From Hydrurus foetidus (taxonomy: Eukaryota), in contig UYFQ01000004.1 of NCBI GenBank assembly GCA_900617105.1, forward strand, positions 124,001-188,000: 64,000 bases of DNA, given 5' to 3'. This document shows positions 51,780 to 59,831 of this stretch, piece by piece. Positions within the stretch are counted from its first letter, which is position 1, and each line of letters begins with the position of its first letter. The position numbers and the translations under genes are program-made. The notes under the pieces were generated by a model, which was not told the origin of the DNA, searched no databases, and was given only the letters and a program-made list of their open reading frames with translations.

Positions 51780-53885
51780 TTAACGGGGGAAAGCAGCCAG
51801 GTTGCCTGCGTCCACGTTGAGGATGTTGCCGGTGGATTTGGCCGCGAGTTCGCTAGCCAAAAAGTAGGTCGCCTCGGCAATGTCTTCGGGGAAGACGCTG
51901 CGCTTGAGCATGGAGCGGTCACGGTAGAAGGCTTCGAGTTCTTCCTCGCTCACCTTGTTGGCCGCAGCGCGTTCCTGGCTCCAGGTGCCGGTCCAGATTT
52001 TGCTGCCGCGAATGACCGCATCGGGGTTCACCACATTGCAGCGGATGCCCAGCGGTGCACCTTCCAGCGCGAAGCTGCGCGACAGCTGAATTTCGGCGGC
52101 CTTGGCGGCACAGTAGGCCACGGCTTGGTTGCTGGCCACCATGCCGTTTTTGCTGGCAATGAAGACCATGGAGCCGCCCACGGCCTGCGCCTTCATAAGG
52201 CGGAAGGCTTCGCGGCCCACCAGGAAGTAGCCCGTAGCCAAGATGCTTTGGTTGCGGTTCCACAGCGCCAGCGTGGTGTCTTCCAGTGGCGCAGCGGAGG
52301 CAATGCCCGCGTTGGACACCAGGATGTCCACGCCGCCGTATTCAATGGCCGTACGGGCATAGGCCGCAATGACAGACTCTTCGCTGGTCACATCGCACAC
52401 CACGCCGCGCACCACATCTTTGCCAAACTTCTTGGAGAGTTCGGCCACCGTGGTTTCCAGCGCGGGGGCGTCAATGTCCAGCAGCACGGCGCACACGCCC
52501 TCTTGCAGCTGGCGCTCCACAATCGCGCGGCCAATGCCACCGGCACCGCCGGTGACCAGGGCCACCTTGCCGACCAGCGGCTTGGCTTTGGGCATGCGCT
52601 GCAGCTTGGCTTCTTCAAGCAGCCAGTACTCAATGTCAAACGCCTCCTGCTCGGGCAGGCCGACGTAGGTGTCGATCGCATTGGCGTCGCGCATCACATT
52701 GATGGCGTTCACATAGAACTCGCCAGCGATGCGGGCTGTGGCCTTGTCCTTGGCGATGGCCACCATGCCAATGCGCGGCAGCAGGATGATGACGGGGTTC
52801 GGGTCGCGCAGCGCCGGGCTGTTGGCGCGTTTGCAGCGCTCGTAGTAGGCGGTGTAGTCGGCGCGGTAGTCGGCCAGCTTGGCAGCAATGGCCTTGGACA
52901 GCTCGGCACCCCCCAGCGTGTAGACCGATTCGTCGAGGATCAGTGGTTTGATCTTGGTGCGCAGGAAGTGGTCGGGGCAAGAGGTGCCCAGAGCCGCCAG
53001 CGCTTCAAGCTGCTGGCTGTTCACAAACTCCATCACCACGGCCTGGCGGTCCACATGGAGCAGCTTGTGGCCGCTTTGCGAGGCCTGGCCGCGCAACACG
53101 GGCAGCACGCGGGCCAGCACTTCGTCTTGTGCGGCTACATCCAATGCGTTGACCTTGGCGCCGCCAAACGGCACAGCCTTGCGGGCCAGGGCCTGGGCAG
53201 CGAGCCAAGTTTGGGCTTGCTCAATGGCGGCCACGGTGTTTTCGTAGCAGCTGCGGGAATCGTCGCCCCAGGTGAACAGGCCATGGCCACCGAGCACCAA
53301 GCCCGTGAGGCCGGGGTGGGCTGCCACATAGCGTTGCAGCTGCAGGCCCAGCTCGTAGCCGGGACGGCGCCAGGGCAGCCAGCCAATGGTGCCGCCGAAG
53401 GCCTCTTTGGTGATGGCTTCGCTGTTGGCCATGGCCGCAATGGCGATGACCGAGTCGGGGTGCATATGGTCCACATGCGCAAAGGGCAGGTAGGCGTGCA
53501 GGGGCGTGTCGATGCTGGCAGCGCGTGGGTTCAGGTTGAAGGTGCAGTGGGGCAGGTAGGCCACCATTTCGTCTTCAAAGTCGGAGCCACGGTAAATGCC
53601 TTGCAGGGCATTGAGCTTGTCCATGTAGAGCGTGGAGAAGCCATCGAGCTTCATGGAGCCCACGTCACCGCCCGAGCCCTTGACCCACAGCACCGACACG
53701 TCTTTGGCGGTCAGGGGGTCTTTTTGGGTGATCTTGGCCGAGGTGTTGCCGCCGCCGTAGTTGGTGATGCGCAGGTCCGAGCCCAGCAGGTTGGAGCGGT
53801 ACAGCAGCAGGTTGGCGGGGTCCAGCTTGGCGGCGTGGTCCTGGTTCCAAACAGGAAACGGGACGGGTTGGAAGCGAGTGGTCAT
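51780..53885 (-). CDS. rhaD: Bifunctional rhamnulose-1-phosphate aldolase / short-chain dehydrogenase
   Basis: NYGGGNTS, SIDTPLH...VDHMHPD, GTSCPDHFLRTK; SDR motifs TGGAGGIG and YCAAK. Confidence 0.94.
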   Translation of the reverse strand: MTTRFQPVPFPVWNQDHAAKLDPANLLLYRSNLLGSDLRITNYGGGNTSAKITQKDPLTAKDVSVLWVKGSGGDVGSMKLDGFSTLYMDKLNALQGIYRGSDFEDEMVAYLPHCTFNLNPRAASIDTPLHAYLPFAHVDHMHPDSVIAIAAMANSEAITKEAFGGTIGWLPWRRPGYELGLQLQRYVAAHPGLTGLVLGGHGLFTWGDDSRSCYENTVAAIEQAQTWLAAQALARKAVPFGGAKVNALDVAAQDEVLARVLPVLRGQASQSGHKLLHVDRQAVVMEFVNSQQLEALAALGTSCPDHFLRTKIKPLILDESVYTLGGAELSKAIAAKLADYRADYTAYYERCKRANSPALRDPNPVIILLPRIGMVAIAKDKATARIAGEFYVNAINVMRDANAIDTYVGLPEQEAFDIEYWLLEEAKLQRMPKAKPLVGKVALVTGGAGGIGRAIVERQLQEGVCAVLLDIDAPALETTVAELSKKFGKDVVRGVVCDVTSEESVIAAYARTAIEYGGVDILVSNAGIASAAPLEDTTLALWNRNQSILATGYFLVGREAFRLMKAQAVGGSMVFIASKNGMVASNQAVAYCAAKAAEIQLSRSFALEGAPLGIRCNVVNPDAVIRGSKIWTGTWSQERAAANKVSEEELEAFYRDRSMLKRSVFPEDIAEATYFLASELAAKSTGNILNVDAGNLAAFPR

Positions 53886-53965
53886 GTGCGGTGCAGTTGC
53901 GAAGAATTGGAGTGACTGTAGACAGACTGAGCTATAGGCACAACGCAGACTTTTTTATGAAATTC

Positions 53966-53980
53966 ATCAGAAAATCTGAT
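53966..53980. promoter_or_regulatory. Candidate LysR/CbbR-type operator
   Basis: Palindrome ATCAG-AAAAT-CTGAT fits T-N11-A (TCA-N7-TGA), in the divergent rhaD/LysR spacer. Confidence 0.6.
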
Positions 53981-54073
53981 AGATCACTAGAATGCGGCCC
54001 ACGCCCTGCTCTCACTTCCAGTCGCCCACGTGGCGCAAAGCGACAACATGCTGAAACCCTAGGGAAAACACCG

Positions 54074-55102
54074 ATGAAACCCCGCACGCCAGTCTCCGCA
54101 CCCGGGCGCAAACCCCTAGGGAAATCCCGCACTGTCCTGCCTCTTGCGCCCGAGACGCAAGTCGGCAAACGCGACCACCGGCTGAAGAACCTCACGCTGC
54201 GCCAGCTGCGCCTGTTTGAGGCCGTGGCCACGCAGCTGAGCTACTCGCGCGCTGCCGAACAGATGAGCGTGACGCAGCCCGCCGTGTCCATGCAGGTGCA
54301 GCAGTTGGAGGCCGAACTAGGCCTGCAACTGCTGGTGAAAACCGGTAAGAAGGTCAGCCTGAGCCAGGCGGGCGAAGAAATGCTGCGCCAGGCCCGGCGC
54401 ATCCTGAACCAAGTCACCATGGCCGAGGACGCTCTGGGCGCCTTCCACGACACCGACGGCAACCACGGCGGCCTGCTGCACCTGGGCGTGGTGTCCTCGG
54501 CGCACTACTTTGCGCCAGCCTTGCTGATGGCGTTTGCAGAACACTGGCCCGGTGTGAAGTTCAAACTCACCGTGGACCGGCGCGAGACCATTCTGGCCAT
54601 GCTGCAGGACCACCAACTGGACGTGGCCATTGCGGGCTACCCGCCGTCTGAGGCCGATGTGGAGGCCGAGACCTTTGCACAGAACCCGCACTGCGTGGTC
54701 GCTTCCGCCGACCATCCCCTGGCCAAAAAACGTCGCATCCACTGGGACGCGCTGCGCGACGAGCCATTTATTTTTCGCGAACCGGGCTCCGCCACGCGGC
54801 AGTTTTTCGACCACCTGCTGCAGGCCCAGTCGTTACCCGTGCGGGTGACCATGGAGCTGTCGGGCAACGAGACCATCAAGCAGGCGGTGATGGCGGGCAT
54901 GGGCATCAGCTTCCTGTCGGCCCATACCTTCCAGGTGGAGATCGAGGCTGGCAAGCTCGCCGTGCTGCACATGGAAGACATGCCCAAGATGCTGGACTGG
55001 TGCCTGCTGCACCGGCGTGACTCGGCGCTCAGCGGCGTCAACGGCGCCTTCCGCGAATTTGTGTTGGAGCACGGCTCGCGGCTGGTGCAGTGCCGTATGT
55101 AA
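54074..55102 (+). CDS. LysR family regulator, CbbR-like
   Basis: TLRQLRLFEAVA..LSYSRAAE...TQPAVSMQV, REPGSATR, NETIKQAVMAGMGISFLSAHT; start uncertain. Confidence 0.92.
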   Translation: MKPRTPVSAPGRKPLGKSRTVLPLAPETQVGKRDHRLKNLTLRQLRLFEAVATQLSYSRAAEQMSVTQPAVSMQVQQLEAELGLQLLVKTGKKVSLSQAGEEMLRQARRILNQVTMAEDALGAFHDTDGNHGGLLHLGVVSSAHYFAPALLMAFAEHWPGVKFKLTVDRRETILAMLQDHQLDVAIAGYPPSEADVEAETFAQNPHCVVASADHPLAKKRRIHWDALRDEPFIFREPGSATRQFFDHLLQAQSLPVRVTMELSGNETIKQAVMAGMGISFLSAHTFQVEIEAGKLAVLHMEDMPKMLDWCLLHRRDSALSGVNGAFREFVLEHGSRLVQCRM

Positions 55103-55104
55103 AA
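55000..55104 (+). repeat. Direct repeat copy 1 (3' end of the LysR gene)
   Basis: 105 bp matching 56477-56581 with 5 mismatches. Confidence 0.95.
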
Positions 55105-55427
55105 CAGAAACCGAGGTTCAACCGGCCGATGCACACACGACCGCTTAGTCGTGCGTGTCAGTCTGTGTGCCCAGCCCTTTTGCCAGCGACTCATGCATCG
55201 CCCCCTCCCGCACGCGTTCTCAGGACGGGTAATAAGTGTTGTCTCTAATATTCGGGATGCCGTAATCAGAAGAAGCTCGATAGCATTAATCGCGACAGAA
55301 CAAGCAAGATCCCGAAGTCTCGATTGCCAATCCGGATATAGAGTTTGTGAATGCGAGGCAGACGGCGGGGAGTGAGAGTTTGACGGAATGGTACGCAACA
55401 ACACGCACCCACATTGGAAGAAGTACT

Positions 55428-55478
55428 TTTCTATGAATTTAATAGCTTTTTGCGCGATGGATGCGAAGACTGGAATCC
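55428..55478 (-). repeat. 51-bp dispersed motif, decayed copy in the insert
   Basis: Reverse complement GGATTCCAGTCTTCGCATCCATCGCGCAAAAAGCTATTAAATTCATAGAAA. Confidence 0.45.
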
Positions 55479-55518
55479 CGGCTCATATTGACAAGGTAGT
55501 TGCAAAAAATGACGTCGC

Positions 55519-56307
55519 ATGGAAGGTCACCGCATGACGAAAATTGCCTGGAAGAAATGGGCTCCGCGTGTGCTGTGCCTGCTGACGTTTATGTATCTAT
55601 TGCTATGTACCTACCTCCGGAACATTGTGTATGGGCTGTTCATGGTAGCTGTTACTAACAATGCCCCGATGTATCAAGCTGCACAAAGTGCTTGGTGCAA
55701 ACCCGGCGATTGGGTGCTGGATACTTTTCAGCCCATGGTCAGTGACCAACGCATGATCGATCACCTCAATAAAAACAGAGAGGCGATGACCCGCGTGGCG
55801 GAGATGGCGGGACGAAAAATGGATATCTATCGAGGAGGGACGCAAGCCGCTGAGTTCAATACTTTGGTCAAAGCACTGGATATGCAATCTGTAGGCGCTG
55901 ATGGCTTTTGGGCTGAAAACCCGGACTCGATAGAAGGCCTGGAAGCCAGCCGAGAATGCTACAAAAAGGCAAAGACACAGGCAGAGCGCAATGTCTGTTG
56001 GCCGGAAGTGGCGGCTAACGGGCGTGGTATTTTTATGGTGTCGCTAGAGCCAGCTTTCGGCAAAACCCATTCGCAGTATTTTTGTTCAATTTGGGGCAAT
56101 AGCTTCAAGGGGTATCGCTACTACCCCGGCGGTGCGCCGCACATTGAAGACGGCCACGTTATGAGCGTAATGAACTACAGCGACCGCTACAAGACCTATG
56201 CGTCGATGCCCAGTGAAAAACTCGTGAATAGCTTGGACACAAACCCTGAAATCGGCCCTTTTGTAATACGGCAGATTGATGCGCATTGGTTCATCGTTCG
56301 CAATTAG
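55519..56307 (+). CDS. Hypothetical 262-aa protein with N-terminal membrane anchor, in an AT-richer insert
   Basis: KKW followed by hydrophobic stretch VLCLLTFMYLLLCTYL; several Cys in the soluble part; no family recognised. Confidence 0.75.
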   Translation: MEGHRMTKIAWKKWAPRVLCLLTFMYLLLCTYLRNIVYGLFMVAVTNNAPMYQAAQSAWCKPGDWVLDTFQPMVSDQRMIDHLNKNREAMTRVAEMAGRKMDIYRGGTQAAEFNTLVKALDMQSVGADGFWAENPDSIEGLEASRECYKKAKTQAERNVCWPEVAANGRGIFMVSLEPAFGKTHSQYFCSIWGNSFKGYRYYPGGAPHIEDGHVMSVMNYSDRYKTYASMPSEKLVNSLDTNPEIGPFVIRQIDAHWFIVRN

Positions 56308-56476
56308 TAAATACACGAATCTCTATTCATTCAAAACAACCAAGGATTTAAAAATGGGAAGTACCAACATCTACGTACCCGGCGCATACGACTTCTTCAA
56401 TGAAGCCCATTTCGACATCATCAGGCGGCCATAGAACTTGGAATCTCGAGCACTTCGGTGGCCGCCTATCGGCGCA

Positions 56477-56581
56477 GTGCCTGCTGCACCGACGCGACTC
56501 GGCGCTTAGCGGCGTGAACGGCGCCTTCCGCGAATTTGTGTTGGAGCACGGCTCGCGGCTGGTGCAGTGCCGCATGTAAAA
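56477..56581 (+). repeat. Direct repeat copy 2 (orphan LysR 3' end followed by terminator)
   Basis: Encodes the same CLLHRRDSALSGVNGAFREFVLEHGSRLVQCRM* peptide. Confidence 0.95.
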
Positions 56582-56603
56582 AGGGGCCGCGAGGCCCCTT
56601 TTT
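56578..56603. terminator. Bidirectional-type intrinsic terminator
   Basis: AAAAAGGGGCC-GCGA-GGCCCCTTTTT between the repeat and convergent cheV. Confidence 0.85.
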
Positions 56604-56631
56604 ACTGCTTGCCAAATGGCGCCGGGGCCGC

Positions 56632-57582
56632 CTAGCGCTGCAGCACGTCTCGGATCGTCGTAGCCAGCTCTTCTTCCACAAACTTGGCGATGTAGGCATC
56701 GGCACCCACGCTCTTCACATGGCTCTCGTTGGTAGAGCCGGTGAGGGACGAGTGGATGATGACGGGGATCTGGTTAAAGCGGCCGTCTTGCTTGATGTTG
56801 CGCGTGAGCGTGAAACCGTCCATCTCGGGCATTTCCAGATCGGTCAGCACCAGAGCGACCTTGTCCTTGATTTGCTTGCCTTCGGCTGCGGCTGCGGCGT
56901 GCAGGGCCTGCAGTCGCTCCCACGCCTCCTTGCCGGTTTTGGTCATGATGTAGGGCACGTCCATGGCCTTGAAACCCTTCTCGATCATCATGCGGGCCAC
57001 CGCAGAATCGTCGGCCGCCAAGATGACCTGGCCGGGCTCCAGGCGCAGCTTGGGGATGCTTTTGGCATCTTCCGCCTTCACCTCTTGGGGCATCACATCG
57101 CGCAGAATTTGCTCCACGTCCAGCACCTGGGCCAAGCGGGTGTTTTCGGCGGCGCCATCCAGGCGGGCAATGCTGGTCACCAGACCGCCGCCCGAGTTTT
57201 CGGCCGACAGCACGTGCTTCCATTCCAGGCGCACGATCTCATTGACTTCTTCGACCGCAAAAGCCTGCGTGGTGCGCCCAAACTCGGTCACCAGCAAAAT
57301 GCCCAGGCCCTTGGTGGGCTTGCAGCCCACCACCATGGGCAGGTTGATCACGGTGATCATCTGGCCACGGATATTGGCAACGCCCATCACCTGGGGGGGG
57401 GAATTCACCATGGCGGTGATCTCTGGCATCACCAAGATCTCACGCACCTTGAAAACGTTGATGCCGAACAGCTCGCGCCGCTCACTGTTGGCAGCTTCAC
57501 CCAAGCGAAACAGCAACAGTTCAAACATGCTGTTGGCGGCTAGGTTCGTCCGCTCGTCAATCTCGCGCATCTCTTTGCTCAT
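56632..57582 (-). CDS. cheV: Chemotaxis protein CheV (CheW-REC)
   Basis: ELLLFRL, FGINVFKVREI, LAADDS, LTDLEMPEMDGFTL, IHSSL. Confidence 0.93.
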   Translation of the reverse strand: MSKEMREIDERTNLAANSMFELLLFRLGEAANSERRELFGINVFKVREILVMPEITAMVNSPPQVMGVANIRGQMITVINLPMVVGCKPTKGLGILLVTEFGRTTQAFAVEEVNEIVRLEWKHVLSAENSGGGLVTSIARLDGAAENTRLAQVLDVEQILRDVMPQEVKAEDAKSIPKLRLEPGQVILAADDSAVARMMIEKGFKAMDVPYIMTKTGKEAWERLQALHAAAAAEGKQIKDKVALVLTDLEMPEMDGFTLTRNIKQDGRFNQIPVIIHSSLTGSTNESHVKSVGADAYIAKFVEEELATTIRDVLQR

Positions 57583-57641
57583 GGGTTCCGTCCTTTTGAA
57601 GGCTTCAAGGTTGATGTGTTGCCATGGTAACGCCATCCCGC

Positions 57642-58772
57642 CTATTTAGGCCAGAGCACCCACATCTGCAGCGGCTGGCGCAAGCGGCCAGCCAGATCGC
57701 CGGCCTCGGCGCCCCAGCCAGCGAAGTAATCGGCCCGCACGGCGCCGGTGATGGCGCTGCCCGTGTCCTGCGCCAACACCAGTTTTTGCAGGCTGGTTTG
57801 TGGCCCGGGCGAGGCCAGCCAGACCGGCGTGCCATAGGGAATGCTGCCAGGGTCCACCGCAATGGAGCGGCCGGGCGTCAGCGCCACGCCCTGGGCGCCG
57901 CGGGGGCCGAATGCCGCCTCCAGCTCGGACAGAGTCTCTTCCTTGAAGAACACCACGCGCGGGTTGCTCCAGAGCAGCTCCTGCTGGCGCCCCGGGTTTT
58001 GCGCCAGCCAGGCCTTGATGCCGGGCCACGACGCGTCCTTGACCAGGCCCTGGTCCAGCAGCCAGCGGCCCACGCTGCGGTAGGGCTGGTCGTTGGTACC
58101 GGCGTAGGCCAAGCGCACCCAGCGCTGACTGCCATCGGCCTGGGTGATGCGCACGCGGCCCGAACCCTGAATCTGCAGCACCAGCGCATCCACCGGGTCG
58201 GCCATGTAGGCCAGCGCCCGGCCCTTGAGCGCGGCTTGCGCCTCGGGCAGGGTGTCGATTTCCTGGCGGGTGAACCAGGGCTTGCGCTGGCCCACCGTGG
58301 CGGGCGGCGGGTACAACGGCACGCTGTAGGCGGCCGTCGGCACGCGGCTGGCCTCGATGATGGGCTCGAAATAGCTGGTCAGCAGGCCCGTGGCCTCGCC
58401 CTGCAGCGACTCCACGCGGTAAGGCTGCAGGCGCAGCTGCATCCAGGCGCGCTGCTCATCGGCGCTGGCAATGCTCAGGCGCCGCACTTCGGCGCACAGC
58501 GCGGCCAGCGGGGCTTGCGGCTTCTCGCAGCTCTTGATCCAGGCGTTCCAGGCCTCAAACAGGTTGTCCTGGCCCCAGCCCGGCAGTTCGGCCCAGGGCA
58601 CGGACACCCAGCGCGCGCGTGGCTGGGCCAGGGTGCCAGGCACGACCACCACCGCGGGCGCCGCACTGCGTGGACTCTCCGCAGGGGCTGGCTCTTGCAG
58701 CGGCACACTGCCGCAGGCGGCCAGCATTCCTACAATGGCGGCCATTGCGCCTTGCGCCAGGAGACGAACCAT
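57642..58772 (-). CDS. mltA: Membrane-bound lytic murein transglycosylase A
   Basis: Lipobox LAAC; TSYFEP, LQIQGSG, SIAVDP, AQDTGSAI.GAVRADYF (3D domain); start uncertain. Confidence 0.93.
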   Translation of the reverse strand: MVRLLAQGAMAAIVGMLAACGSVPLQEPAPAESPRSAAPAVVVVPGTLAQPRARWVSVPWAELPGWGQDNLFEAWNAWIKSCEKPQAPLAALCAEVRRLSIASADEQRAWMQLRLQPYRVESLQGEATGLLTSYFEPIIEASRVPTAAYSVPLYPPPATVGQRKPWFTRQEIDTLPEAQAALKGRALAYMADPVDALVLQIQGSGRVRITQADGSQRWVRLAYAGTNDQPYRSVGRWLLDQGLVKDASWPGIKAWLAQNPGRQQELLWSNPRVVFFKEETLSELEAAFGPRGAQGVALTPGRSIAVDPGSIPYGTPVWLASPGPQTSLQKLVLAQDTGSAITGAVRADYFAGWGAEAGDLAGRLRQPLQMWVLWPK

Positions 58773-58923
58773 GACATTGCTACTGCTGGAAGCCCTCGGG
58801 GCCGGGCTGATTTTTATTGCCATCATTTGGTGGACCATGTTTTCGGGCCGACAGGGCGGCGAGCTGCCCGACGCTCACCCGGAGCAGCCCAAGGACGCTG
58901 CGCCACAAGACAAGGACAAATAA
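58771..58923 (+). CDS. Small 50-aa single-TM protein
   Basis: AGGAGA RBS; MTLLLLEALGAGLIFIAIIWWTMFSGR followed by a charged tail. Confidence 0.7.
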   Translation: MTLLLLEALGAGLIFIAIIWWTMFSGRQGGELPDAHPEQPKDAAPQDKDK

Positions 58924-58974
58924 GGCCTCTAGCCCTCGTGGAGTATGCGCAAGTAGCTCCTGATTTCATAGCAA
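58924..58974 (+). repeat. 51-bp dispersed motif, intergenic copy between convergent genes
   Basis: GGCCTCTAGCCCTCGTGGAGTATGCGCAAGTAGCTCCTGATTTCATAGCAA. Confidence 0.9.
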
Positions 58975-58980
58975 CTTCCA

Positions 58981-59796
58981 TCACAGCACGCGGTGCTGCA
59001 GCGACGGCAGCTGCGCGCGGCACTGCCGCAGGTGCGCGTAGTCCAGCTCGGCCAGCACCACACCAGGACCCTGCGCCTGCTCAGCCAGCACCTTGCCCCA
59101 CGGGTCGACCAGCAGCGTCTGGCCCCAGGTGCGTCGCCCGCTGGGATGCACACCGCCCTGGGCCGCAGCCACCACAAACGACAGGTTCTCAATCGCGCGG
59201 GCGCGCAGCAGCACCTCCCAGTGCGCCTGGCCGGTGGTGTGGGTGAAGGCGCTGGGCGCCAAAATCAAATCCACGCCCTGCAGGGCGTAGGCGCGGTACA
59301 GCTCGGGGAAGCGCATGTCGTAGCACACACTCATGCCCACGTGCCAGGTCTGGCCATCCCAGGACGGCAGTGCGAACACGGTGGGCGTGCTGCCGCGCTC
59401 CAGCACGCGCGATTCGTCGTAGCTCTCCACGCCGTTGTCAAAGCGGAACAAATGGATCTTGTCGTAGCGCGCCACGCACTCGCCTTGGGGGTTGTAGGCC
59501 AGCGAGCTGTTGAACACCCGGTCGGGCTGGCCCGCACTCAGCGGCAAGGTACCCGCCACCAGCCACAGGCCCAAGGAGCGCGCGGTCTGCGCCAGAAAGT
59601 CTTGCATGGGGCCGCTGCCAAATAGCTCCTGAATCGCCAGCTTGTCCGTATCACGCTGCCCGATCAGGCAAAAGTACTCGGGCAGCACGGCCAGCTCGGC
59701 ACCCGCCTGCGCGGCCTGGGCCAACAGGGCGCCGGCCTGGTCAAGGTTGTCCGCCAGCACGCCGGTGGACACCATCTGGATAGCCGCTACTTTCAT
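58981..59796 (-). CDS. Carbon-nitrogen hydrolase (Nit1-like)
   Basis: LPEYF, YDKIHLF, VCYDMRFPELYR, LLRARAIEN. Confidence 0.93.
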   Translation of the reverse strand: MKVAAIQMVSTGVLADNLDQAGALLAQAAQAGAELAVLPEYFCLIGQRDTDKLAIQELFGSGPMQDFLAQTARSLGLWLVAGTLPLSAGQPDRVFNSSLAYNPQGECVARYDKIHLFRFDNGVESYDESRVLERGSTPTVFALPSWDGQTWHVGMSVCYDMRFPELYRAYALQGVDLILAPSAFTHTTGQAHWEVLLRARAIENLSFVVAAAQGGVHPSGRRTWGQTLLVDPWGKVLAEQAQGPGVVLAELDYAHLRQCRAQLPSLQHRVL

Positions 59797-59831
59797 ATCA
59801 ACACGCTCCTGCAGTCATCAACACACGCGCC

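Noticed and set aside
55105..55430. Short ORFs at the left of the insert (e.g. 55151-55375)
   Set aside because: No RBS or motif support; may be decayed coding sequence but cannot be assigned
55000..56581. Duplicated gene end as a diversity-generating retroelement TR/VR pair
   Set aside because: Differences are not adenine-specific, all are synonymous, and no reverse transcriptase is present in the window
59593..59643. Possible extra copies of the 51-bp motif in the nitrilase gene and in rhaD (about 51850-51900)
   Set aside because: Only the palindromic half matches; the AGCCC and TGCG blocks are absent or out of register
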